64,000 bases of DNA, from the sequence record MK234886, one strand, 5' to 3'. The notes under the pieces are model-generated. The model had not been told where the DNA came from. It made no database searches and saw nothing but the letters and a program-made list of their open reading frames with translations. How positions within the stretch are numbered: position 1 is the stretch's first letter; each line of letters begins with the position of its first letter. The stretch is from Escherichia phage AnYang. This document shows positions 50,507-59,087 of the stretch, piece by piece. The translations under genes were made by a program, and so were the position numbers.

Positions 50507-50836
50507 TTAGATTTCCTCACAGAAAGCCCATTCGGCATGATAAACCGTAGCGCCTTTAGTATCATTTAAACAAACCACATCTACCGGAGCAATTACACGA
50601 TAAAGACGGGGTTCTCCTCCCACTGAACGAGCTGCACGTCCAGCATAAATCTTAGCCAAACCGATATCTTCAGTAAAGAACACACGATTTAGGTTTTTCT
50701 TACGACCGGTTTCAGACAAAACTCCTGTTTCCTCAGGAGGACAAAGCATATTACCGATATTAGCAACACTACAACTTCCATGATAATACACTTTATATTC
50801 TGCTTTACAGTCGATGGTTTTCATTTTGTTCTCCAA
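50507..50836 (-). CDS. hypothetical protein with possible H-Y-E ADP-ribosyltransferase-like motifs
   Basis: 109 aa; VYYHGS, FFTEDIGLAKIYAG and YHAEW resemble the HGS / aromatic / E elements of PARP-type folds; speculative; first gene after the gp41 terminator and a promoter motif. Confidence 0.5.
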   Translation of the reverse strand: MENKMKTIDCKAEYKVYYHGSCSVANIGNMLCPPEETGVLSETGRKKNLNRVFFTEDIGLAKIYAGRAARSVGGEPRLYRVIAPVDVVCLNDTKGATVYHAEWAFCEEI

Positions 50837-50848
50837 GTTGATAGGTCT

Positions 50849-50877
50849 ATAGTATCACGCCTACAGGAGATGTAAAC
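50849..50877 (-). promoter_or_regulatory. T4-type early promoter
   Basis: GTTTAC-N17-TACTATAGACCTATCAACTTGGAGAAC; directly after the gp41 terminator. Confidence 0.6.
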
Positions 50878-50887
50878 CCTTAAAAAC

Positions 50888-50907
50888 AAAAAAGGAGCCG
50901 AAGCTCC
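50888..50907 (-). terminator. intrinsic terminator after gene 41
   Basis: GGAGC-UUCG-GCUCC followed by UUUUUU, immediately after the gp41 stop. Confidence 0.65.
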
Positions 50908-52347
50908 TTAAAATTTGATAGATGCGGCTAAATCGTCCAAATCACTTCTATTAACACGCGTCTGTCGATTGACCTCGGCTTGACGATTCATCTCACCTGT
51001 AGCCTCACGAACAGTGTTCACTGGACCTGGATTGGAATCATCTTCAACTTCGTACCAACGTTGATTTCCTTTCTTAACACCAATCTTAAATTTGTTGTAG
51101 TAGCTCTTATCACCATAACGAGATTTAAGCTGCTTAACCATCTGCATACCCATTTGGGCAAACTCTTCTGTCTCGACCACACCTAACATGAAGTCTGCAG
51201 TATGTGCAATACCAAAGGATTCGGCAATATCAGCCATATCGATTTCGGCTGCAACGTTCGCACCACGAGTAGTCTGGGCTGCAGTCCACAACAATAATTT
51301 CTTTTCTACTGCAAGTCCACGTAGTTCTTCGGCTACCATCTTAATCAATCCGTAACTGTTTTCAGAGAAAACTTTCGTACGAGACGATGCACAGATGGCC
51401 AAGTAGTCGACGATAACGACCTGTGGGACAAAGTTTTGTTTGAGCTTATATTCGTTTAATAATGCACGGAATGTATCGGCATTAGCACCACCAGTAGGGT
51501 ACTGTTTAATCTTTAAACGTCCTAAGGTAGCAGTCGAACGCCATTTATCCATCTTAGCTTTATATTCAGGCCATGATACGTGACCATCATCGATATCATC
51601 CAGTGACACATCCAGAAGGTTGGCATCGATACGCTTAGCACATACTTCCTCTGCCATCTCCATGGAGATATAAAGAACATCGTAACCAGATTGAAGGTAA
51701 TCAGCAGCCAATGAACACAGACCAAGAGACTTACCTACGTTTGTTCCTGCCAACAATACGTTTTCAGTACCAAACTCGGCACCACCTTTAGTAATCTTAT
51801 TCAGAATATTAAGACGGAACGGAACCTTACGTGCTTTATCGGAATAACTTTTGAATCGTTCTTCATAGTCATCCATCCAGTCATGACCTAATTCAGAATC
51901 GAAACAAATCGATAATGCATCACGCATGATATCTGGAATAGCGCCAATACCTGGAAGTTTTCTATTTTGTTGCTCAACCGGAAGGTCTGCATTAGTTTGG
52001 ATTTCAATGATTTTTGAAGTTGCATTATACATCGCTGCTTTCTGAACGTATTTCTCCGTCTCTTTAACCAACCATTCTTGGTCTTCAGGTCCAGCATTCA
52101 GTGAGCTTAAAAGCTCTTTAGCTCCTTGATGTTCGACTTCTGAAAGCGTGCTGTTATCTAATGCAATGCTCAATGCGTTCTTAGAAGGCACTGCATTATA
52201 TTCATTGACGTGTTTTTTAATTTCTTTGAAAAGGGTCTTTGCAGGACCCTGGTCAAAATAAGAATCATTCATATAAGGCCAGACCTTAGTGAAATAATCA
52301 CTATTGCCTAGCAGTTGAGCCAAAATAGTTTCTACCACTTCCACCAC
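50908..52347 (-). CDS. 41: replicative DNA helicase gp41 (DnaB family)
   Basis: 479 aa; size and synteny as T4 gp41. Confidence 0.9.
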   Translation of the reverse strand: MVEVVETILAQLLGNSDYFTKVWPYMNDSYFDQGPAKTLFKEIKKHVNEYNAVPSKNALSIALDNSTLSEVEHQGAKELLSSLNAGPEDQEWLVKETEKYVQKAAMYNATSKIIEIQTNADLPVEQQNRKLPGIGAIPDIMRDALSICFDSELGHDWMDDYEERFKSYSDKARKVPFRLNILNKITKGGAEFGTENVLLAGTNVGKSLGLCSLAADYLQSGYDVLYISMEMAEEVCAKRIDANLLDVSLDDIDDGHVSWPEYKAKMDKWRSTATLGRLKIKQYPTGGANADTFRALLNEYKLKQNFVPQVVIVDYLAICASSRTKVFSENSYGLIKMVAEELRGLAVEKKLLLWTAAQTTRGANVAAEIDMADIAESFGIAHTADFMLGVVETEEFAQMGMQMVKQLKSRYGDKSYYNKFKIGVKKGNQRWYEVEDDSNPGPVNTVREATGEMNRQAEVNRQTRVNRSDLDDLAASIKF

Positions 52348-52661
52348 CTCTTAGATTTAATTTTATCCAGTTCTTCTTGTATTTGCATTGTAACACATTT
52401 TTCTACATGAAGCGCTAGCTCTTCTTTTCGGTCTTCGGAAGGTGTTCCGAAATCAACCGACACTTTTCCATCTTTCTCAATAACAATATTCATCACATAA
52501 ACGATGTGAGCAGTGCCATCCGGTAAAGTAAGCATAATTTCCTGCTTAACAGAACCCATTGACTTACGGATTATATCTAATGATTTCTCATAATAACGAG
52601 GGTCACTAGGACCCTCTTCGGCATCTTTAACAAAATTATCTAAATCAGATAAATCAGTCAT
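52332..52661 (-). CDS. hypothetical protein (gene 40 position)
   Basis: 109-aa ORF between uvsX and 41. Confidence 0.5.
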   Translation of the reverse strand: MTDLSDLDNFVKDAEEGPSDPRYYEKSLDIIRKSMGSVKQEIMLTLPDGTAHIVYVMNIVIEKDGKVSVDFGTPSEDRKEELALHVEKCVTMQIQEELDKIKSKRWWKW

Positions 52662-53835
52662 GGTCGCTCACAAAATTCATGTTTTCTAAATCGCTTTCGA
52701 TGTCAGCGGCGCTTTGGGTATTTCCACCTAATTTAACAGCAACGTTTTTAGAGACACGAGAGTTAATAAGGTCGTTCACTGCATCGTCAACTTCTTTAAT
52801 AGAATTAATTGCACCAAGCTTATACTTATTCTCGATTGCTTCACGGAACGGAGCGTGTTTAAACAGAGGTCCCCAGAACTCAACACAATCGGTAGCTTTA
52901 GCACGCCATGCTTTTTCTTCTTGAACCATTTCACCTGTGGTTTCGTCAAGGAATGCACGATTATACCAACCAGCTTTAGGTTTCACGACAAAGCCGATAT
53001 CGGTAGCCATTTCAAGCAGACCAGAGAACGGGTCGATACCACCTTCGAAGTTAACGGTGATAGGGAACGTTGATTTCTCTTTAACCGTACGAGATTTCTC
53101 TGCTTTCAGTGTGAAGTCATAACCAGTGAGCTCAGTACCATCTTTAACTTGGCGTTTAGAGATAAAGAACACGGTAGAAGCAGAGTACAGAATACCAGTA
53201 CCACCACCCATAATCTCTTTAGGATACATTCCACCAATTTCCATAGCCGTGTGGTTAATTGCTACGCAAGGGATATCCTTGATGGTCAGATAAGGTGTTA
53301 CGATACGGAACAGAGATTTCAGTGACTTAGCACGAGTCATATCACCTACAACTTTCTCGTTCAAAGCATCTTCGGTTTCTTTCTTAGAAGCAGTGTTACC
53401 AATGGAGTCGATAAAGATAATAACCTTTTCGCCACGAGTAATTTCTTCTAACTGGTTGGTCATATCAACTTTAAGCTGTTCGACTGACTGGATTGGTGTA
53501 TGAACCACACGTTCCAAATCAACACCCATCGAACGGAAATAAGATTCTGAAGCACCAAACTCAGAGTCATAGAACAAACAAATTGCGTCTGGATATTTCT
53601 TCATATATGCCGCAACCATGGTAAGTCCAAACAACGTTTTAAAGTGTTTAGATGGGGCAGCAAAGATTGTCAAACCTGATTGTAAGCCTGCATTCAATGC
53701 ACCGCCTAATGCAATATTCAGCATAGGGATACGAGTAGGAACTTCGTCACGACCATTAAACAATTTAGATTTGGTCAGGTCGGCAGTCATTTTAGAAGTA
53801 GAAGCTTTAATCAAACGGGATTTTAAATCGGACAT
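52654..53835 (-). CDS. uvsX: UvsX recombinase (RecA-like)
   Basis: 393 aa; near-collinear with T4 UvsX (MSDLKSRLIKASTSK..., FYDSEFG, GGGTG). Confidence 0.9.
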   Translation of the reverse strand: MSDLKSRLIKASTSKMTADLTKSKLFNGRDEVPTRIPMLNIALGGALNAGLQSGLTIFAAPSKHFKTLFGLTMVAAYMKKYPDAICLFYDSEFGASESYFRSMGVDLERVVHTPIQSVEQLKVDMTNQLEEITRGEKVIIFIDSIGNTASKKETEDALNEKVVGDMTRAKSLKSLFRIVTPYLTIKDIPCVAINHTAMEIGGMYPKEIMGGGTGILYSASTVFFISKRQVKDGTELTGYDFTLKAEKSRTVKEKSTFPITVNFEGGIDPFSGLLEMATDIGFVVKPKAGWYNRAFLDETTGEMVQEEKAWRAKATDCVEFWGPLFKHAPFREAIENKYKLGAINSIKEVDDAVNDLINSRVSKNVAVKLGGNTQSAADIESDLENMNFVSDHD

Positions 53836-53912
53836 TATATTTTTCCATAGGCACCATTATATTTTACTCACGTTTTAAGATAGGGTAATTATATCACTTC
53901 ACATTTACAGCG

Positions 53913-54806
53913 TTAAAGGACCACGTCCTCATAACTTGGCATTTCGTGCTCAGAATGGATGTGGGCACCGAAATAAATGAATTCAGCCAGTCCAGGATGG
54001 AATACTAAACCAGGATTCTCATGATAAATGATATGAGGTCTTGATTTCAGAATCTGGTAATATTCAACCTTACTCGGTTTGAATTTAATAATCTCTACAT
54101 CAGGACGATAGTCTTCACGTTTAAATGAATCATTCGGATCGGTGATATAAAGACGAGCACCTTCAGCCGCAGCTTGGTCTACAACTCTTTCGAATTGATA
54201 ACACTTATCAGAGATACGGAACGGATGGAAAATACCATCAATTTTAATAGGCGCTAGACCTTCAGAGTAACGCTCAATTACTGCGGGATTAATTACCTTT
54301 TGGTCTACAAAAATCTTATCAGAGGACGCACCTCGTGACACCAGGACGTCTTTCTGACATTGATTCAGGACTGTAGTATAAATCGAACGTTCAACTGAAG
54401 ACACGTCGATATCAATGAACTCATCAATATAATAACGAGGAACTTCAGGGTCCATTGTAATGTTAAAGTTGAATTGTACAGTCTGAGTGCCATCATAACC
54501 TGTGATATCGGTTACTAATCCTGAGCAGTCATAGTATTCGATTAATGAATCAACGACGAACTCGTTTTCAGACCAAAAATGTTTACGGGTTTCATAAGCA
54601 TTTTCTTTATACCAAAGCGGCACAAAATTCAGTTCAGGAAACAATTCAATACATTCTTTGATATCGCTCGAATTTCTAGGATAAGCCAGATAATCACCTG
54701 GGCGAGCACGGTTTAAATGGAGTTGAAAATTGCCGTCCTTAAGGACGGCATATTCACCTGTTTCGTAACTACGCATACTGAAAATAGGAACGATAAATAG
54801 ACTCAT
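53913..54806 (-). CDS. hypothetical protein in the beta-gt slot (candidate DNA sugar transferase)
   Basis: 297-aa ORF, 4-nt overlap with the hydroxymethylase gene; no motif recognised; functional guess from position only. Confidence 0.6.
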   Translation of the reverse strand: MSLFIVPIFSMRSYETGEYAVLKDGNFQLHLNRARPGDYLAYPRNSSDIKECIELFPELNFVPLWYKENAYETRKHFWSENEFVVDSLIEYYDCSGLVTDITGYDGTQTVQFNFNITMDPEVPRYYIDEFIDIDVSSVERSIYTTVLNQCQKDVLVSRGASSDKIFVDQKVINPAVIERYSEGLAPIKIDGIFHPFRISDKCYQFERVVDQAAAEGARLYITDPNDSFKREDYRPDVEIIKFKPSKVEYYQILKSRPHIIYHENPGLVFHPGLAEFIYFGAHIHSEHEMPSYEDVVL

Positions 54807-55501
54807 TTCAGGAATCCTCGAACGTAGTCAAAATCACGTTCAAATACGTGTGCACTAACCATAGTATGGGAATATGTGCCCAGACCAACACCACATTGTT
54901 CAGCAATAAAGGCCATCAATTTACCCTGCAGATAGAAATCCAGCTGCATAACGATAGCACAGTTCTGTGAACGCATATGAGTGTGTGCATACAGACGTCC
55001 ATCACGAATATAATATGTTACCGAATCGGTACATGGATATTCTAAGGATTCGTCAGAATCAAGGAGGGCTTGGTCTTGTTCTTGGAGAATTTGGAACACA
55101 ACTCTTCGCGAGTTAGGCTTTTCTTTAAGCTCTTTAAGTAAGGCTGGGAGTTGGGCCACAATTCGAGGTCCATAGAAAGTGTTGAAGTTTGCAGGCAATA
55201 CGTCACTTTTCGGCTTATCAATGAACTTAGCAACATTAGGGTATTCCTTAAATGCTTCGGCGGCATCAGTACCACCAGAAATCATAAATTTCCAGAAAGA
55301 TTCGGCGTATTCATAACTAATACGATTGATACGCGGGTCGGTGAATTTATAGGTGCTTGCATCCAGTACTTCTACCGAAGCAGAACCAATTTCATAACAA
55401 CGGCCGATACGAGAATCAACTGCAAACTGTGGAGCTTCCAGGATTTCTTCGTTCATTTGTTTAAACGCGTTTTCAAAACTAACAGCGGTAATGTGTTTCA
55501 T
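54803..55501 (-). CDS. 42: divergent dCMP hydroxymethylase-like enzyme (thymidylate-synthase fold)
   Basis: 232 aa; KPNSRRVVF and EYPCTDSVTYYIRDGRLYAHTHMRSQN parallel T4 gp42 NPDSRRGIM and FMCTNTVQYLIRDKK...MRSND, but the rest differs. Confidence 0.65.
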   Translation of the reverse strand: MKHITAVSFENAFKQMNEEILEAPQFAVDSRIGRCYEIGSASVEVLDASTYKFTDPRINRISYEYAESFWKFMISGGTDAAEAFKEYPNVAKFIDKPKSDVLPANFNTFYGPRIVAQLPALLKELKEKPNSRRVVFQILQEQDQALLDSDESLEYPCTDSVTYYIRDGRLYAHTHMRSQNCAIVMQLDFYLQGKLMAFIAEQCGVGLGTYSHTMVSAHVFERDFDYVRGFLK

Positions 55502-56034
55502 TTATTCACCTTATTTTCAATATATTCATTCAGACGTTTTAATTCTACCATATCTACGTTAAGCAAGTTATTATGGCCGTCGTGATTTAAGATTTTAAAC
55601 ACGTTTTCAAAACATGTTTCATACTGCCGGATAGTTAGGTTGAACTCATCTTTGGTTAATTTAATAAGGTCATCTTCGAAGTCTTCATCTAATGGGTTAC
55701 GGGTTAAAATAACCTCAATAATATTGAATTCAGATTTAAACCCTTTCCAATCTTCCAGTTCTACATAAGGGTCCATTTCACCACGAAGGAATCCCGAGTA
55801 AACAATATTACTAGGATATCCACGGTCTAAGATGTAGACAAAATTAGGGTCTAAAAACTTATATAAGGTTTCGACTAAAGCCTTATCATTATCAGTCCCT
55901 ATTGAAATGCACTTACCATTAATCTTTTTAGGAAAATCAATAAGACGATATTTCTTATCAGATAAAAGCGATTCAATTAAAGTAGACTTCCCGGAATTAT
56001 CCGGGCCGTCGATAACAATGATTTTTGGTTTCAC
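55498..56034 (-). CDS. P-loop nucleotide kinase-like protein
   Basis: 178 aa; Walker A IVIDGPDNSGKSTL; dNMP/thymidylate-kinase-like. Confidence 0.6.
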   Translation of the reverse strand: MKPKIIVIDGPDNSGKSTLIESLLSDKKYRLIDFPKKINGKCISIGTDNDKALVETLYKFLDPNFVYILDRGYPSNIVYSGFLRGEMDPYVELEDWKGFKSEFNIIEVILTRNPLDEDFEDDLIKLTKDEFNLTIRQYETCFENVFKILNHDGHNNLLNVDMVELKRLNEYIENKVNK

Positions 56035-56429
56035 GGATGATATGCCTTATAGGTTTCAAGAGTTCCTTCACGAACCATTTCTTTAAAGTGGTCAGGACGG
56101 ATTGCTCGGTCATCGATGATAAAAGTATAACTCGGCTTATGTGTAAGCAGATTATGATATTTCAATCCAATCTTTTCAAGGTTCTTAACCAATGCAGGAA
56201 CTACTTCAACCAAGATTCGACCGGGGCCACATGAAGTCATACCACGAGCGGTGAACAATGTAATCTCGTACCCTTCATCATAAAGCTTATTAATCATGGA
56301 CACCATTTCGGTGTCCGGTTTAAAGTTTTCGTAATCACGGTCATGGTTCCAAACCGTGATTGTATTATCGATGTCAAAACATAAATGGGGCTTATTTTCT
56401 ACTCGATGTGACATTAAATTTTCTTCCAT
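56031..56429 (-). CDS. HAD-superfamily phosphatase
   Basis: 132 aa; motif I CFDIDNTIT (DxDxT), later K and IIDD elements. Confidence 0.6.
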   Translation of the reverse strand: MEENLMSHRVENKPHLCFDIDNTITVWNHDRDYENFKPDTEMVSMINKLYDEGYEITLFTARGMTSCGPGRILVEVVPALVKNLEKIGLKYHNLLTHKPSYTFIIDDRAIRPDHFKEMVREGTLETYKAYHP

Positions 56430-58087
56430 TGTTTGTGGAGTTCAGTAGAACCTGTAGGTTTATATTTTACACCAGTTTCTTGGTCAAGCAAAACCCACTT
56501 ATCAGGACAACGAGTGATAATTTGGGCCGTGATAGGGTCACGAACTTCATCGACAAATTCACCTGTGATAAGCTTACGCTTACGAGGATGCCGCTTCAGC
56601 AGCACACTCAGTTGGTACAAACCGTTGTAATAAGCACCTAGAGCTTTCAGAGGGTTATTTTTAAAGTAACCTGCCAGTGCCATCCAGATAACAGCAATCC
56701 AGAGCTTGTGCTTAAATGTACACATCGGAATATCGTCTAAAGGCATAACCTTTTCAATATCAACGAATACACGAGTTCCGTTACGAGTTAAGCCGCCCCA
56801 TAGAGGGTCAGAGTTAAATTTGTCATAACCATCGATAGAATAAAGCACCTTAGCTTCATCATAAATTGCAGGGCCTTTAGAACTATTACCAAAATAACCA
56901 CGTGGGTCGATGATTTTAATATCACCTTCATCCGACAACATAATATTACTGTAGTGCGGGTCACCATGAATAAGTTGGTACGGTTCTTTATGTTCAGACA
57001 GAATTTCTAAGGCGTGACGAAGAAGTTTTTCTGGGTCGCCTACCTTGAAGTCGTTAACATGGGTAATGCCCTGTGGAGCAAAGCCTTCAATCAATCCAGC
57101 AATAGAAGCATTACGAATCAGGACCTTGTCCAATACTTCTTTCTTAACATCGGAATACCATTGCTCATCGGATGGATTATCGATAGTCCCACCGAATGAA
57201 CGCAATGCACTAATGACCTTATAAACCATGAGGACTTTAGTTTCTTTAGACATAAACCGATAGGCATCTGCCATAGTACGACCAAAGATACGTTCCATTT
57301 TAATGAATTCACCTGGAGCAAAGTCTACAATGCTCGGAACGAATTCAGAATCAATAGAATTGTACCAATTGATTTCTTTAGATTGGATTTCTTTACCTAA
57401 TTCGTTAGTAGGTACTTTAATAGCCAGATTCTCAGTGAACTCTAATTTATTAAATTCACGGTTAATTTCAGAATCTTCATGGGCCTTAGCCAGTTTCAGT
57501 TTGTCACCGACATCAACTACAAAGTCCAGCTTACGTTCGGTCAAATGGACCATTGAATCTAGATTGTCAGCAAGGTCTTCGCCGTAATTAGAACCGTTAA
57601 AACCTGTCCAATTGGCTACTTGATACAAACCAACTACACCGCCACCGGTACCAATTTCACGCAGGTACGGTTCTTCAAATGTAAAACGACAGTCGGTCCC
57701 GTAGGTATAACAGTAGTCGTTATCCCACTCAACTTTATGACCCTCAGGAATGATGTCACACCAGTTAAACAGGACATTGTGCCCGATGATATCTTCGGCA
57801 ATGCAATCAATAGCATGAGCTGAACCATTAGCCACATCTACGTTACGAATAGTGAATTTAGGCTTATCACTATTAATCATGTTAATGGATTTAATATAGC
57901 CTTTAACGAGGTCGTTAAATTTGCTGTGAATAACCAGAATAATTTCATCTGATTGGTTACTATACAAATCATACAAATGTTTTAGTACTGTATGTTGTTT
58001 GTAGTTAACCAATACCTTCGGGATTTCGTTAGTAATTGGATACAACCGTGAGCCAAGACCTGCGCCTAAAATAACAACCTTTTTCAT
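56414..58087 (-). CDS. bifunctional sugar-1-phosphate nucleotidyltransferase / APH-like kinase
   Basis: Start at MKKVVILGAGLGSRL (GAGGAA RBS; track start 58117 has none); N-terminal NTP-transferase glycine loop; C-terminal kinase motifs LIHGDPHYSNIML and DIKIIDPRG. Confidence 0.7.
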   Translation of the reverse strand: MKKVVILGAGLGSRLYPITNEIPKVLVNYKQHTVLKHLYDLYSNQSDEIILVIHSKFNDLVKGYIKSINMINSDKPKFTIRNVDVANGSAHAIDCIAEDIIGHNVLFNWCDIIPEGHKVEWDNDYCYTYGTDCRFTFEEPYLREIGTGGGVVGLYQVANWTGFNGSNYGEDLADNLDSMVHLTERKLDFVVDVGDKLKLAKAHEDSEINREFNKLEFTENLAIKVPTNELGKEIQSKEINWYNSIDSEFVPSIVDFAPGEFIKMERIFGRTMADAYRFMSKETKVLMVYKVISALRSFGGTIDNPSDEQWYSDVKKEVLDKVLIRNASIAGLIEGFAPQGITHVNDFKVGDPEKLLRHALEILSEHKEPYQLIHGDPHYSNIMLSDEGDIKIIDPRGYFGNSSKGPAIYDEAKVLYSIDGYDKFNSDPLWGGLTRNGTRVFVDIEKVMPLDDIPMCTFKHKLWIAVIWMALAGYFKNNPLKALGAYYNGLYQLSVLLKRHPRKRKLITGEFVDEVRDPITAQIITRCPDKWVLLDQETGVKYKPTGSTELHKQWKKI

Positions 58088-58147
58088 TATCTGTTCCTCA
58101 AGTGAATGTAGGTACATTATACACTATTTTTAATAAATTGATACTGC

Positions 58148-58648
58148 TTAAATCTTATCTTTACCGATTTCGATGCACTGTTCTATTGCTGCCGGCACTT
58201 TGGTCTTGAGCTTATTGATTTGTTTCTTATAATCACGGGCCTTATCAAAGCTCTCGGTTTCGAGCATTTCGTAATAACGAGCCTCGTGGATGGAAATCTG
58301 TAGATTGATATGATTTACGCACATCGCATACAGTTTCTGTTTTTTGTACAAATCGTCTTGACGCTTCATTTCTGCCTGGTGTTTGGCTAGTACCGCTTCA
58401 CGCTTAGACTCTTGTTCACGTTGGAATTCGATTTCATGTTGAGCATATTTTGCACAGTTATTACCACATTGATTATTAGCTCGGGTATACACAAGTCCAG
58501 AACCTGCACGGAATTTCATTTCGCCATCGAATTGTTTCTGTTCAGCTGCGATACGAGCTTTACCAACTTCATCAGCCGAAACTGCATCACCATATTGGAC
58601 CGCGCAACCTGATAGGAGCATACTCATTGCGATAATTAACTTTTTCAT
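58148..58648 (-). CDS. putative lipoprotein
   Basis: 166 aa; signal peptide plus lipobox (AMSMLLSGCAV); coiled-coil-like, Cys-containing mature part. Confidence 0.6.
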   Translation of the reverse strand: MKKLIIAMSMLLSGCAVQYGDAVSADEVGKARIAAEQKQFDGEMKFRAGSGLVYTRANNQCGNNCAKYAQHEIEFQREQESKREAVLAKHQAEMKRQDDLYKKQKLYAMCVNHINLQISIHEARYYEMLETESFDKARDYKKQINKLKTKVPAAIEQCIEIGKDKI

Positions 58649-58655
58649 AATATCC

Positions 58656-58793
58656 TCAATTAAAACAGTTATACTTAATTTGTGCTATAAGAATAATCCA
58701 TCCGATGATTAGTGTCGGAATCATTGGTGGAATTGCCACTGCCCAATAAACGGTAAAGGCGACCATTATAAGAAATAAAATAATTATTTTCAT
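58656..58793 (-). CDS. hypothetical small membrane protein (imm.1 position)
   Basis: Manual 45-aa ORF MKIIILFLIMVAFTVYWAVAIPPMIPTLIIGWIILIAQIKYNCFN; ATGA overlap with upstream stop. Confidence 0.35.
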   Translation of the reverse strand: MKIIILFLIMVAFTVYWAVAIPPMIPTLIIGWIILIAQIKYNCFN

Positions 58794-59026
58794 TGCTTAA
58801 CGATAATGATTTGCGCGTTTGATTTACGTTCGGCGACGATAGCCCAGATTAAAGCCACTACCCAACCAATCATCGTCCAACCCAACAGGAGATTAAGGAA
58901 GAAAATTCCTACATTACTACGAGTGCCTCGCAGAAGAGCCAGAATCCATGGTAAGAAATAACCGATGAACATAATAACCAGAGAACCGAATCCTAAAACA
59001 CCTGCACTGACGATTAAAGCTTCCAT
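58790..59026 (-). CDS. imm: superinfection immunity protein Imm-like
   Basis: Track ORF trimmed to MEALIVSAGV (GAGGAA RBS); two TMDs; LPWILALLRGTRSN...LLLGWTMIGWVVALIWA resembles the Imm family; position after 43 as in T4. Confidence 0.65.
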   Translation of the reverse strand: MEALIVSAGVLGFGSLVIMFIGYFLPWILALLRGTRSNVGIFFLNLLLGWTMIGWVVALIWAIVAERKSNAQIIIVKQ

Positions 59027-59057
59027 TGTAATTTCCTCTAAGTAGTTGATAGGAGGG

Positions 59058-59087
59058 ATACTACCACGTTCCGTGTGGTATGTAAAC
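59058..59087 (-). promoter_or_regulatory. T4-type early promoter for imm-like gene
   Basis: GTTTAC-N18-TAGTATCCCTCCTATCAACTACT. Confidence 0.5.
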
